A stretch of DNA of 64,000 nt from Amphiscolops sp. MND2022. Taxonomy: Eukaryota. This document shows positions 1 through 13,432 of this stretch, one piece after another. The stretch is from positions 27,466,001-27,530,000 of the forward strand of contig OZ076413.1 in NCBI GenBank assembly GCA_964187785.1, read 5' to 3'. Within the stretch, counting starts at the first letter, position 1. Each line of letters opens with the position of its first letter. Under the pieces are notes generated by a model. That model worked only from the letters and a program-made list of their open reading frames with translations, did not search any database and was not told the DNA's origin. Both the position numbers and the translations under genes were made by a program.

Positions 1-1101
1 CAGAAGTGTTCGATTTTTGTTTCGGTTTTAATGTGTTTTTTTGTTGCTAGATTGAAAGATTAAAGTTCAAAAAGAATTTTCTGAGACTTCCACATTTCTT
101 AAAACTAGCTTAATTTAGCGCTGTGAGAATTGCCAAGCCTTTGCTCGGTTGCCTTCAAGCGTATAATTCTTTGTTGTGTTTTCTAAAAAAGGTGTTAATC
201 GAGCGGCTGGTCGATTGAGTAAAAATTTGAGTTCATCTATAGCTGAAATCAAAGTTCTCTAATTTGTTCAAAACGTGTTCTGTAATGTATGTAGAGGGTT
301 TACTTGATGGCGATTTCAGACCAACATTGCTGTCAGTAAAAAAATAAACCAATTTGAATTTCGCTGGTTCGCTTTTGTTGTGACTTTGAAAGACTGAAGC
401 AGCAATGTTTCATGGGCTTGCCCAATTTCGGATGCATTGGCAAAGTTCAAAGTGGAGGAAGGTTCTCTTTAGAGTGAAGATTATTTTTGTGTTTTTTTGT
501 TACCAAGTTTCTGAAAAAACAGTCAATTTGCGGTAATCGGTATTTTGTGATAAAGAAAAGCTTTGATCGATAGGTTTTTGTTTTTACTACCACTAAATTT
601 TTGTTTTTGTACATGTCTGGTCTTTGACGTGTTTTTTGTGACCTTTATTTTTCAGACGATGCGGTATATTGAGAGGTTCTTGGAGATGTATTGTTCAGCC
701 GAGGGTGTGCAAGAATTGGGTTGACAGTTGGTACCAACTTTTGATGTGGACGGGTTGAGAACCTGGGAGGAGATCATGTTCAGAGCTGTCGCCAATGAGT
801 TCGGTGAAATGGTGAGCAAATGTTGGTTCACGCACCCAATTGCACTCCACAATCAAGCAGTGTAATAGGGGAACCATGACTTCCTAGATGATATTAAACG
901 ATGCAAAAAGAAAGAAGATGTGGGGAAGTAATTTTGTAAATTCAAGTTTAATGGAAAGCGTTGTCGGATAAAAAAACTGAACTCAACTGAATGGAATGAA
1001 GATTCCGACGCATGAAGTATGCAGATGGATGATCTTGTAGAAACTTCAATTCCTGAGGTTTTGAAAAGAGGTGCGAGTAGCGCAATTTTAGCACCTGGCA
1101 A

Positions 1102-3093
1102 GTGGTTCACCGACCCTCACTTTGAGGAGGGTAGCGAGGACCCCATTTCGTACACCCCGATCGGTCACGATACCTTCCTAATTGCAGTTCGTGGGATAAA
1201 TTCGAACGATTTAGTCAAAACGATTGTAACGGTAGATGACTTCGTTCGGGTGATGCTGCAAAAGCCGACGCGATTACTGGCAAAGCATGTAAATGAGAGT
1301 TCTCGTTGCGTGATTCTCCAAAGGAGCTGCCGGTCATAGAAACATAGTGCTCGCAGTATACAAAAGATTTGCTCGATACCAAATTTGCTGAATTGAAGCT
1401 GAATAACAATTTTTTATTTATAAAATTGGTGTTGGATTCAGCTGGACAAAAACTAGTATACCTTTTAACAAACAAAGTTGAGTTCTCCAGATGTGTTATT
1501 ATTTTTTGAGGCTTGGACAATGCCGTAGAGGCTTTGTAGAGCCTTTATCTTGGTTTGCTCAATAGCGAATTTTTCGTAATAGTAACCAAGCAATTTTGTT
1601 TCATTATTTCAAGTTCAAGACTTTTTCTTGTTTTTCTAATCCAAAAACTACTTTGCCAAATATGTTCAGTTTCACTGGAATTTAAGTTGTGTGGTCTGGG
1701 CCCTCGTTCCAATCGACTTGTAGCAGATGAAATGCATATGACTCGAAAGTTGATTTGAAGTATCAGTTTTTGGTTTAAAAAATTATCGACTCTACACTTT
1801 ATAAGTTGTTCAAGAGACATTTCTTGGAAAACACATTTCTTGACCGGAAAAAGTTGAGATCTCACTTTTAGTTATTTAGAATGCTAGAACTACTACTTGT
1901 CGTGATCTGCAATTCTTTTGCTGCCTTTGCTCGATAGCGTTTCAAGCGTTTGCGTTTTTGGATTGTTTATCTTTGTTGTTTGATCGAAGAAAATAATTGG
2001 ACTTCATTGTTTCACGATGAGATCTGCTATTAGTTTTTGTCGTTTTTTGTGGTTTGGATCTCAATACCGGTTGAGAATATGTGTGCTCTGTTCTAACTAT
2101 TGGTGGTTCACCGACCCTCACATTGAGGAGGGTAGCGAGGACCCCATTTCGTACACCCCGATCGGTCACGATACCTTCCTAATTGCAGTTCGTGGGATAA
2201 ATTCGAACGATTTAGTCAAAACGATTGTAACGGTAGATGACTTCGTTCGGGTGATGCTGCAAAAGCCGACGCGATTACTGGCAAAGCATGTAAATGAGAG
2301 TTCTCGTTGCGTGATTCTGCAAAGGAGCTGCCGGTCATAGAAACATAGTGCTCGCAGTATACAAAAGATTTGCTCGATACGAAATTTGCTGAATTGAAGC
2401 TGAATAACAATTTTTTATTTATAAAATTGGTGTTGGATTCAGCTGGACAAAAACTAGTATACCTTTTAACAAACAAAGTTGAGTTCTCCAGATGTGTTAT
2501 TATTTTTTGAGGCTTGGACAATGCCGTAGAGGCTTTGTAGAGCCTTTATCTTGGTTTGCTCAATAGCGAATTTTTCGTAATAGTAACCAAGCAATTTTGT
2601 TTCATTATTTCAAGTTCAAGACTTTTTCTTGTTTTTCTAATCCAAAAACTACTTTGCCAAATATGTTCAGTTTCACTGGAATTTAAGTTGTGTGGTCTGG
2701 GCCCTCGTTCCAATCGACTTGTAGCAGATGAAATGCATATGACTCGAAAGTTGATTTGAAGTATCAGTTTTTGGTTTAAAAAATTATCGACTCTACACTT
2801 TATAAGTTGTTCAAGAGACATTTCTTGGAAAACACATTTCTTGACCGGAAAAAGTTGAGATCTCACTTTTAGTTATTTAGAATGCTAGAACTACTACTTG
2901 TCGTGATCTGCAATGCCTTTGCTGCCTTTGCTCGATAGCGTTTCAAGCGTTTGCGTTTTTGGATTGTTTATCTTTGTTGTTTGATCGAAGAAAATAATTG
3001 GACTTCATTGTTTCACGATGAGATCTGCTATTAGTTTTTGTCGTTTTTTGTGGTTTGGATCTCAATACCGGTTGAGAATATGTGTGCTCTGTT
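1102..3093. repeat. Tandem duplication, 991-bp unit (1102-2092 and 2103-3093) with a 10-nt filler
   Basis: ORF-track pairs offset by exactly 1001 (1215/2216, 1545/2546, 1555/2556). Only a handful of substitutions. Junction filler CTAACTATTG at 2093-2102. Confidence 0.95.
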
Positions 3094-3725
3094 GCATCTT
3101 TTCTACTGCTTGTATGGTTTTCCTATTAGCTTCCAATTGCGAAGACAAAAGTGCTCTTCGAGCAGCTCTACTTTGATCACTAAAAGTTCGCGCCTTTTCG
3201 TCCTTATCAGAAAACCAAGACACCGTGTGTGATATCGTTGTTGCTGTTGGTGACGCAACTCGAGGATGAAGTCGTGGGTGCAGTCGTGTAAAACGTCTAG
3301 GTCGCTGTGTTTCTGTTTGCACTTCAGGTTGCTCAAATAAACGTTCCAAATTGAAGTTTGTTGTGTTGTCTCTCGAAGCGTTCGATTCTGTTTTAGTTAC
3401 CGCCAATGCTGGTTGTATTATGGGAAATGATAGAGTGGTTGTCACTTCATTTTGCGATTCACTCTCAATCAAATTGAGTGTGTCAACGTTTGTGTGATGT
3501 TCATTCAATAAGCTTGGCAATTCACTGTCGTGTCGAAAAGTCCCGGTTCACAGCGGAATTGACTTTAGGATGGATCAGGTTTGAAGTGGTTTGAAGTGGT
3601 TTTATTGGCCTAATGCGGAGTTAATGAACGCATTGAGTGAACGGCGTGCCTACCTTTTGAACGATATAATTCGATTTTCGGGAAAACCTGCTCGACTCGA
3701 CTGTTTAGACATAGTGCTAGACTGA

Positions 3726-4420
3726 TCAGTGAGCAACGGGTTCAAAAGGAAGCAGTATTCGTCTTTTTTTCAACAACTGAGCCTCCGCTTTTCGATAATA
3801 ATTGTTTCGGTAACGATGATATGAGTTCAAAATGCGAGTTTTTGTTACGCAAAACTGCTGAACAAGAGTGTCTTGCAAGTCATTCACAAAGTCGCTCGAT
3901 GATTGAGACGAGTTTACATGTTTACTGAACCTCAAATTAATGGGTTACAAGGGTTCTCGACCATGAAATTCTGAACATGGTGTGGTACCGATTGAGACAT
4001 GATGAAATGTATTTTGTTCAAATGTTGCAATATCCATAAACTTGTACCAGTTAGACCATGCGCTTGTTGAGTTAATCTTCAAAATTCGTTTGAATGCACT
4101 ATGTGCTCTATCAACTACACCAACCAACAGTTTTTGCGTGTTTTAAAGATGCATGATTTAATTTATTTTCCAGCATGTTTGTCAGCTCGTGAAAAGCTTG
4201 AATGTGAAACCTGCACCTAATCCTGCTAAAATAGGTGTGTAACTGGGTTTCAGAAATAGGGAAACAAGCGCTTTTGCTACATTCTCTGCACTGATGCTAG
4301 ACAGCGGCACAGGTATTTCGAAAAGACGTCGATTCCTTTTAGTGCGTATTTGTATACCGGTGAAATGAATTGACCCACGAGATCAATCTGCATCATATCT
4401 CCTGGGAAGTGTTAATCAGA
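3726..4420 (-). pseudogene. Integrase core relic
   Basis: MMQIDLVG...GIDVFSKY...AGLGAGF...VGVVDRAHSAFKRIL...NTFHHVSIGTTP; second D and E of the DDE triad are mutated. Confidence 0.85.
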
Positions 4421-5115
4421 TGCTAACGATTCCAGAGGTAGTCTCAACCTTTTTGCTGAATGTTTTCGATTTGCAAACAAGTGGAGCAGTTTTTTACATA
4501 GTTTAGTAAGTATTCAGTGAAGCTTGGAAAATAAAAACGTTTGCGAAATTCGTATATTGTTTCATTGATACCCAGATGACCACTAATTGGAGAATTGCGT
4601 AGTCTGTACAAAATTTCGGATCGAAGAAGCTCTTGAACACACTATTGCAAATGCGAGACAACTCCAACGTCGTTGAAAAACTTCCTGTAGATGATACCAA
4701 TTTCGAGTATCAGGCGACTGCGGTGTTTTGCGTAATTCTTGTTTTCATGGGTTTCGTAGGTTGTGTCGGTTTCCAAATTTTTTCTAGCCATTTGCGAAGT
4801 GAAGGTCTTTCGATTGTTCTGCCTTCAGGTTTAAGGTTGTGGAATGTTCACAGATTTCAAAATCGTTTAGTGGATCAGGTTCGTGGAGTGCGTTGTGTTC
4901 TGCTCTTGTTAAGCGTGTGTGTTCCCTGTCGCACATGCTTTCGTTTTCGCGAATAAAATTGGTATGCTCAGGGAAGTTTTCTTTTATTCCAGGAAAATAG
5001 TTCAGAAAACTCTCATATTCCGCAAGTACTGTTTTTTCTCCAAGCTTGAGTTGATAAATTGAAGCTCGTTTATTGAGATAACTGGTGTTTTGGCTGTCAA
5101 CGAAACCAATATCTC

Positions 5116-5540
5116 TCAAACTGGTAATGAATCAGTTAGTCGAAGCTGTAGTGGTGCGCCTGGTTCTGTTTCTATGCGTGAAAGAAAGTCTGCAGCTGCA
5201 TTGGCACGACCTGGGACGTGCGCCAAAGTAACGTTGTATGCTAAGACTCGATCTAAAAGTTCCACGAAGAAGGATGTATTTCTTTGGTTTCGGAAAAAGT
5301 TGTCAGGTTCTTTTTGTCGGTGAGCACCAATACTGGTTTCTCCCAGAGCCAAATGAAATGCGAGAAGGCATCGAGAGCACAATACAAGGCAAGAAATTCC
5401 TTGCAATAAATGGACATTTTCAATTGTGATTCATTAAAAGCTTTCGATCCGGAAGAAACTGGTGCGTACGTTCTTGCTTTTGCTTCTGCGATCTTTTCAG
5501 TGTAGTCCTCTATCATGCGTACAAAACCACTATATCGCAA
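5116..5540 (-). pseudogene. RNase H relic
   Basis: YAPVSSGSKAFNESQLKMSIYCKEFLALY...VLTDKKNL and AHVPGRANAAADFLSR, typical Gypsy RH motifs. Confidence 0.9.
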
Positions 5541-5559
5541 AGAATAACGTACTGTTGAT

Positions 5560-6420
5560 TTGGTTTTGCCAAACGCAAAGTTTGCGTCGCTGCTTTTTAA
5601 ATATCAGTTTTGATTTGCTTAAGTTTTTTCGAAATGATGGTCTTCACTTCTTAAATCAACATCCTTTCGCAACATTTTGTAAAAAGGTAACAGATTTTCG
5701 ATAAACTATGGTATGAAATTTCACAAACATGGTGTGAAACTGATGAGTCTTTTGACTTGTTTCACTGTTTGTGGTCTTTTGAGTTTGTCTAGAAACTTTT
5801 ATATTTTCTTCGTTTCGGGCGTGATTCCCTCTAATGTGATCGTATTGCCTAAGAGAGAAATTTGCGGCATTCCAAATTGACATTTTTCATGCGAAAGTTT
5901 GAGTCTGGAACTTCGAATACTAGCGAAAATTTTTGGTCAAGTATTCTTTCACTTCCTCAAAGTTTTCTGCTCCACTCCCAATGTCGACCATGAATTAAAT
6001 GCAGAATTTAGCCGCTTGACATTGGTCCAAATTTTTCCGTACAAAAGCACTAAGTCCCGTAACGGATTTACTCGAACGTTGTGCCAAAACTTTGTATGCG
6101 TATGTCCTGGATGCGAAGTTGAATGCAAGCAATTGTACCGAGTGCGGGTCGGCCATTTGAACACAGTAGTCCGCTTGCGAAGAATCAATTTTTGTGGACA
6201 TTTTCTTTCCCGCAAACTAGTTACCAGCGTCCGTCATATTGAAAATAGGAAAATTGTGAATTGCAATATTATGTCGCACCAAATGAATTATACTTTTAAA
6301 GTCATGCAAAATTCGCAATTTTCCCGACGGCTTTCGCTGTGCGAAAATTGGCCTACTCTACTTCGAACTTAGTGTTAGTCAGTAATGCAAAAGAGCCAAT
6401 TCAACCATCAACACAACCCC
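5560..6420 (-). pseudogene. Reverse transcriptase relic
   Basis: KIDSSQADYCVQMADPHSVQLLAFNFASRTYAY, FMVDI (degraded YxDD) at ~5979-5996, KLSHEKCQFG; frameshifted. Confidence 0.85.
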
Positions 6421-7216
6421 TCGGAGGTGTATTGGCGTTGCCGGACTTTGCATGTAAACTGCGTCAATTCAATTTTCTTTTCCGTGTTATAACTAACGCC
6501 GAATCTGTGTTTGGCGAAAAGATCTTCAAACTTGATGAGAAGGTTTTCAAGCTTGCTGATTTCATCTGATGTCAAAACCCAATTCCCCCAATCGAATTTC
6601 GATAAAAGTTCGTTCCGATCCGCGTCATTTTACTCAGGGTCTTTTTGTTCTAGTTGCCGGAAATTTTACGCGGTTTTGGTGTCAATTGTCCAAGATTATC
6701 ACACGTTTTAGTTGAGGGAAACCATAAGTTATTATAGTCAGGTTTCGGTTTTGTGTTTGGCGTACTTTAGTTTTGTCTTCACAATGGACCTGTTGGTTTA
6801 TTTGCTGAAATACCTCGCCTCTCATGGTTTTATCAAGTGTCAAAAATTCTGCCGGTATAGGTATCAACAATTCAGCTTCATCGAGAGATAAAATCTGAAT
6901 TTTGCGACTGATTGATTTTTTGAGACAGTGATTACATGATCTGGTAAATTTAAAGCCAGAATTTGTAGTTCATTATTAGTTGCTATTGTTGTCAAGCAAG
7001 ATGACAAGCAAAGTTCATGCTTCCGTGCAAACTGTACATCAGGTAAATTTAATCTCGTCATTCCTTCAATTTTGTTCTTGTTTCATGAAATTTTAAGTTT
7101 CAAGACTTCTTGAGAGTTTGGCTTTATCGAATTTTTCTGAGTTGTTCACAACATTTTTGCTTTGGAGTGAATTTTCCGCCTGATTTCAGTTTTTTTGATT
7201 TCATTCAGTTGTAAAG

Positions 7217-7585
7217 TCATATCAGGAAACTTGGAAAAACTCCTACTTGATATTTTGCAAAAAATGGATTTCTCAAAATAACACATTTCATTGTTGGGAG
7301 AAACATGAAACTTTCTTCAAATTCCTTGTCATGAATAAAAAATTTCAAAACGATTTCGCCGAGTACTGGTAATGATTTGCCAGAAGCCATCCGAACTGTT
7401 TTGTATTTCGCAATTTCCAATGTTTTCACTACGTTCACATCTGTCATCAGGTCTGTGTAAAGAGAATCTGGAATCGCACTAGAGCACGCACCTGTGAATA
7501 TCAACGAGCGTCGCTGAAGTTTTGAGCTAATTTTCAAGGGTACATAAAGTGAGGTGTCACCTTCTAACGGAGTTACTGCATCCAA
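7217..7585 (-). pseudogene. Retropepsin (aspartic protease) relic
   Basis: SLIFTGACSSAI corresponds to LIDTGA with the catalytic Asp lost; downstream VILRNPFF matches the ILGxxF motif. Confidence 0.85.
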
Positions 7586-7899
7586 AAGATTTTCAAAATC
7601 TTCTCAATCAAAACTGTCTTGCAGTTCATGATCAATTTTATTATGTTGCGATAAAGGAATTTCTTGTTTCACTTTTTCCTTCGTAAAATGTCTACATTCT
7701 TCAACTAAGTCTTTCGCATTTATGTTGTCCGTTTCTTGTCGTATTGACCTTCCTCGAATTGTTGGTCCAGATGCTTTAAAGCACCCTGTAAGGCTAACTC
7801 TCTTCCTTTCAATAGATGTCTCAGGGTATCATTTTTATTTGATTTTTTGGATTGCATATTCTAGTTTTCTAAATCTTATGTAAAGAACGTTAATCTGTT

Positions 7900-9780
7900 A
7901 TATATGATGATGAGGATGATTTTGGTATTGACCTGTTTTTCTGGTGTGGAGGATTTAGTTTTTTGTTCTCTTGAGAACGGGAATTCAGCACCTCGTTGAG
8001 ATTTTGGGCTTGCTGAAACGCAGTCTCTTGCCATATGTTCGGGACAACCGGATCAATGACATATTATTTTAGTGTAATGCTTCTGCTGTGATCCACCTTC
8101 GGTTTTTAATGTTTCCTCAGTTTCATTCTGGACGTTACTCTGATGAACGTTTTGCGCTTGGTAATGTCCTTTCGTCAAACCATCATTATTTTGGGGTTCG
8201 TGAAACAGTTGTCCATATCGTGGTCAACAGGATTGGTTTTGATAGGACGAATACGCCCGGTTTTGATAATAGCCTCTGTCTTGTTGGTAATTCCAGCGGA
8301 ATTGATTCTTCAATACTGCTTCTGTTGATATCTTGGCGTATATTTTTGTGCTCGAGGATAACCGCGTGAAGTAGTCTGAATGGCATTCAAAGAAAGACTT
8401 TCAGCCACTATTTTAATGGAATTGTTCAATTTGTCCTCCATTGCAGTTTCAGTTTCAGTGATTTTAGCCAAAACATTCAAGTAATCTTCACTTTGTACGA
8501 TACTGACTTCGATGAAAGCGTTTGCGTTCCAATCATTTAATTCCCAAATCAGATTCAATTAAAGCGTACGACGCGCAAAGGTGCAAAAGGTTGTCTACGG
8601 TTCTTTGCTTTGGTTGTTCTACTAATTCTCGTCTAATGAAATTTGGCATTGCTTTCAAGAAGAGCTGTTATACATGTTGCTCTCGTTGCAGTTGTGAAAA
8701 GCGGAGCCTTTCAGCGTTAGCAGCAGTTTCAGCTGCAACTCTACCTCTCTCACCATCTGTTTGATCTGTAGCAGCCTCTACTGTAAAGGCTTCGGCGTCT
8801 GGATAAGCGGGGTTTGCTAAATTTTGTGATTTTACTAAGATTGTTTCAAGATTTTTTGTTTTGCGATTGTATTTCATGTTTTCAAGTTGAATAATGTACA
8901 ATTCTTTGTACGTTGGGTTAAAAAGTTAGTTTTCAAAGCGTTTAGACATCTATTCAAAATTCCGCGTGTGTCAGCGTTAAGAGTATTGAAATATTGCAAA
9001 GCGTGGGCTTTTAGATGAAGCTTTAATTAGCAACTTGATTGGCAGCGTCTATATTTGCTACTTGAATGATGCTGCGGAGTTGCGAATCAAAATCGCGCCA
9101 GTTTTCTGACTCACCGCAGAACTCTTTTAAACTAATTGGTGTGTTCGCTGCGGCCCTTTTGTTTTACTTCGTGCTCAGTTTCTCTTCAATGTTTCCAATT
9201 TATACACAATTGAATCACGAATGCTAGTTGGAAAAATGAACGGTTGACAGGATAAATCAAGTGAAGTAGGACTCACCAATTTTGACTCTCAATTCACTCT
9301 TCATGACCTTTTGTGAACGTGTTGTGACGATAGTTTCAATGTTCCCAAAAGTTTGTCACCCTTTTTGGTTGATTGTAGTTATAGTGGCTTCCTCGTCAAT
9401 CTAGTGGTAGAACCTTCTCCAAGTATTTGAGCAATTCTTCAAGTTCGTGGAGACTGTTGACGTCTTGAATCAGATAGGGCACGTAGTTGTACAAGATTTC
9501 CTCAAATTCTTCCGAAATGGGTGTGTTTGTGAAAAAGCAAATGAAAAACTTCGTATGGCTGTGTTGCTGTGATTTCATGAAGAAAAATTGGTTTTCCGTA
9601 AGACCAGAAAATTCTTCGTATCGTGAGATGATCGCCAACTGGTGAGAGCCAAAAACTGTCAACGATATGTTCTGCACACTCGTGGTCCAAGTAGTGTTGA
9701 GGTAGAGCCAGTTTTGTCGTTTTCTTCTAGCTGTCGTTGATTAGCATAGTGCTGAGTGTTTGTCTCCGGCACGCTTGTCA
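7900..9780 (-). pseudogene. gag relic with CCHC zinc knuckle
   Basis: Minus translation at ~8020-8063 gives ICH*SGCPEHMARDC (degraded CX2CX4HX4C). ORF fragments 9396-9677, 8668-8901 and 8310-8558. Confidence 0.7.
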
Positions 9781-9783
9781 CCA
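9766..9783 (-). promoter_or_regulatory. Primer-binding site of element A
   Basis: TGGTGACAAGCGTGCCGG immediately after the LTR-terminal CA; starts with TGG, complementary to tRNA CCA. Confidence 0.6.
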
Positions 9784-10789
9784 TGTACGATTTTAATCTT
9801 GGCTTATCTTCGGTTGTTTTTTAAACAATTTTTTCCAGCTTAGCTTCTCGTTGGAAAAGTTGAGTTTTCGCTTTGTTGCTTGTTTCTTGTCTCTTTGTTC
9901 TTCCGATGGGTTCGTTGGATGTTTTAGTTGTTTTCTCCATTGTAAATTTTTGACATTTTTCTTCAGATCAGAGAAAAAACTAGTTGAATTGATGAATTTC
10001 TTCTGTATTAAAATTATGCCAAGTTTTGTTTTTACCTAATGCTGTATTCAACTTGTCGCAAGCAGGTCTCTCTGACTTTGTCGTGGTCTCTTTTTCTTCT
10101 TGGGTCTGTAATTAGGGCAACTTCCTGCTTCCTGTTTGCTTGGAGGAAAGGGCGATAAATCTTTATAAAATGCCTCACCAAGTCTGGTAAAAACATCATT
10201 ATTATTATAGATACATAGGAGTTTAAATATTTGATGATTGGTAATAAATTGCTGTCAAGTTCGATAATCTTTTAGGTGATAAACTTCTCTTGTTGGGTAA
10301 ATTCCATGAACAATGTCCATTTTCACGTCAATGGTAACGTGGATTTTTTACACTAACCAACGCCTAAAAGACACTTCAATAAGGGTTAACGCGGTATCGA
10401 AACGCGATTCTCGAAGACATGGGCTTCGAAACTAGGTTGAGCTCTGACAGTCGACAACGAAGTTTGTCGATGAGTCCTGAAATTTAATGTCAAATCGTCC
10501 CATCGTTCGACTAAATCTGTGCACACTTGTGCCACTCCATAGTAGTCGCCTCTTCCGCTCATACGTACTAAAACCATTACAGTGCATAGGCAAGCTGTTT
10601 CGGAGCATTTTGCGGAAATCAGGACACGTAATCTCGGAAACAGAGACGCGTGCACTGAATTCATTCCCCTTTGATGTCGACTGCCTTAGCTTTCTTTGAA
10701 GTTGAAATCTTACTTTCCGCAATTTTGTGTCTTAGCAAGATAATGGGCCAATCAATTGCCACTTATGCCAGGCCAATTATGTAGAGACA
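9784..10789 (-). repeat. 5' LTR of element A (~1.0 kb)
   Basis: Minus strand begins TGTCTCTAC and ends AATCGTACA (TG...CA), directly followed by TGGTGACA. Beyond 10789 the sequence switches to a different host repeat. The second LTR is not in the window, so the outer boundary is inferred. Confidence 0.65.
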
Positions 10790-13432
10790 AAATAGTGCAA
10801 TGTGTCTCAGATTCCAGCATTTTATTCAGTTGAGTAATTCGTACACATACATTCCGCAACAGTTTCCACATTTTATCTCTTGAAATCAGATGAAAATCAA
10901 ATTAGAAAAAATAATGTTCGGAAACAAACTTGTTAAATGAAGCTTCACGATTTGACCAACGATTGGAAACAAATAATATCCAATTCCACACTAATTTTTT
11001 CAATGAAATTTTCATTTTTGTCAATTTCTACAGTTGGTAGAAAAGTAAGCTTGGATCTTTTCCGTTAATCCCCCAGAGTAAGCGCGGAAATTTCAATTCC
11101 CCACCACTATCAGCGATGAATTTAGGTAGCATTTAGAGTTTAAAAAAATTGCTATTGGATTGATTGCTACTAATAATTCAATGATGATTTTTATTGAACG
11201 CTTCGTTTAACTGGGGGAAATAATTAGTGGGGGTTTGCAGCAGAAAAGATCGATAAGCATTTTTTCTATTTCTTTTTTTCTTTAAAATAGATTTCTGTAT
11301 CTAAAGTACGGTTGGAAACAAAGGATTCAATGCTTTATTCGATAAAGTATCAGTCAAATCCGTATCAAATAGAGGCAATGTTGCTCATAAAGTATTTAAA
11401 ACTAAGCTTTCGCTGGCAAAAGAACAATAATTAATTATCAATACTAACAAACAAAAAACAACGGCTAGCATGACCTTTTAGTGCATGTTTTAAAGGTTCT
11501 TTGAAATATATTTAATGGCAAAAAAAATATTCAGGAAATCTATTCTGATTATTAGCCGTTATCGAGATCTGAGCCCACGATCTTACGATCGGAAAGCTAG
11601 CGCGCATCCTTTTGACCTGGTCTTATTTTTAAACGATTTCTATTTGCTAGCTACCACGTTGATAGAATACGATTTTTTATAGGTCATGACAAACGATCAG
11701 ATCAGAGAAAAAACTAGTTGAATTGATGAATTTCTTCTGTATTAAAATTATGCCAAGTTTTGTTTTTACCTGATGCTGTATTCAACTTGTCGCAAGCAGG
11801 TCTCTCTGTCTTTGTCGTGGTTTTTTTTCTTCTTGGGTCTGTAATTAGGGCAACTTCCTGCTTCCTGTTTGCTTGGAGGAAGGGGCGATAAATCTTTATA
11901 AAATGCCTCACCAAGTCTGGTAAAAACATCATTATTATTATAGATACATAGGAGTTTAAATATTTGATGATTGGTAATAAATTGCTGTCAAGTTCGATAA
12001 TCTTTTAGGTGATAAACTTCTCTTGTTGGGTAAATTCCATGAACAATGTCCATTTTCACGTCAATGGTAACGTGGATTTTTTACACTAACCAACGCCTAA
12101 AAGACACTTCAATAAGGGTTAACGCGGTATCGAAACGCGATTCTCGAAGACATGGGCTTCGAAACTAGGTTGAGCTCTGACAGCCGACAACGAAGTTTGT
12201 CGATGAGTCCTGAAATTTAATGTCAAATCGTCCCATCGTTCGACTAAATCTGTGCACACTTGTGCCACTCCATAGTAGTCGCCTCTTCCGCTCACACGTA
12301 CTAAAACCATTACAGTGCATAGGCAAGCTGTTTCGGAGCATTTTGCGGAAATCAGGACACGTAATCTCGGAAACAGAGACGCGTGCACTGAATTCATTCC
12401 CCTTTGATGTCGACTGCCTTAGCTTTCTTTGAAGTTGAAATCTTACTTTCCGCAATTTTGTGTCTTAGCAAGATAATGGGCCAATCAATTGCCACTTATG
12501 CCAGGCCAATTATGTAGAGACAAAATAGTGCAATGTGTCTCAGATTCCAGCATTTTATTCAGTTGAGTAATTCGTACACATACATTCCGCAACAGTTTCC
12601 ACATTTTATCTCTTGAAATCAGATGAAAATCAAATTAGAAAAAATAATGTTCGGAAACAAACTTGTTAAATGAAGCTTCACGATTTGATCAACGATTGGA
12701 AACAAATAATATCCAATTCCACACTAATTTTTTCAATGAAATTTTCATTTTTGTCAATTTCTACAGTTGGTAGAAAAGTAAGCTTGGATTTTTTCCGTTA
12801 ATCCCCCAGAGTAAGCGCGGAAATTTCAATTCCCCACCACTATCAGCGATGAATTTAGGTAGCATTTAGAGTTTAAAAATATTGCTATTGGATTGATTGC
12901 TACTAATAATTCAATGATGATTTTTATTGAACGCTTCGTTTAACTGGGGGAAATAATTAGTGGGGGTTTGCAGCAGAAAAGATCGATAAACATTTTTTCT
13001 ATTTCTTTTCTAATATTAAAATAGATTTCTGTATCTAAAGTACGGTTGGAAACAAAGGATTCAATGCTTTATTCGATAAAGTATCAGTCAAATCCGTATC
13101 AAATAGAGGCAATGATGCTCATAAAGTATTTAAAACTAAGCTTTCGCTGGCAAAAGAACAATAATTATTTATCAATACTAACAAACAAAAAACAACGGCT
13201 AGCATGACCTTTTAGTGCATGTTTTAAAGGTTCTTTGAAATATATTTAATGGCAAAAAAAAATATTCAGGAAATCTATTCTGATTATTAGCCGTTATCGA
13301 GATCTGAGCCCACGATCTTACGATCGGAAAGCTAGCGCGCATCCTTTTGACCTGGTCTTGTTTTTAAACGATTTCTATTTGCTAGCTACCACGTTGATAG
13401 AATACGATTTTTTATAGGTCACGACAAACGAT
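9963..13432. repeat. Tandem duplication, ~1.73-kb unit (9963-11697 and 11697-13432)
   Basis: ORF pairs offset by 1733 (10386/12119, 10432/12165, 10487/12220). Roughly 15-20 differences by eye. Unit covers part of LTR A plus ~0.9 kb of flank. Confidence 0.95.

Larger units (their letters stand above)
1..10789 (-). mobile_element. Degenerate Ty3/Gypsy LTR retrotransposon (element A); 3' end lies outside the window
   Basis: Minus-strand order is LTR, PBS, gag (CCHC relic), aspartic protease, RT, RNase H, integrase. Integrase after RH is the Gypsy order. Many stops and frameshifts. Confidence 0.9.

Noticed and set aside
1019-2340. Duplicated plus-strand ORF ...WFTDPHFEEGSEDPISYTPIGHDTFL...
   Set aside because: Lies antisense within decayed element A and is repeated only because of the 1001-bp duplication; different N-termini and no domain.
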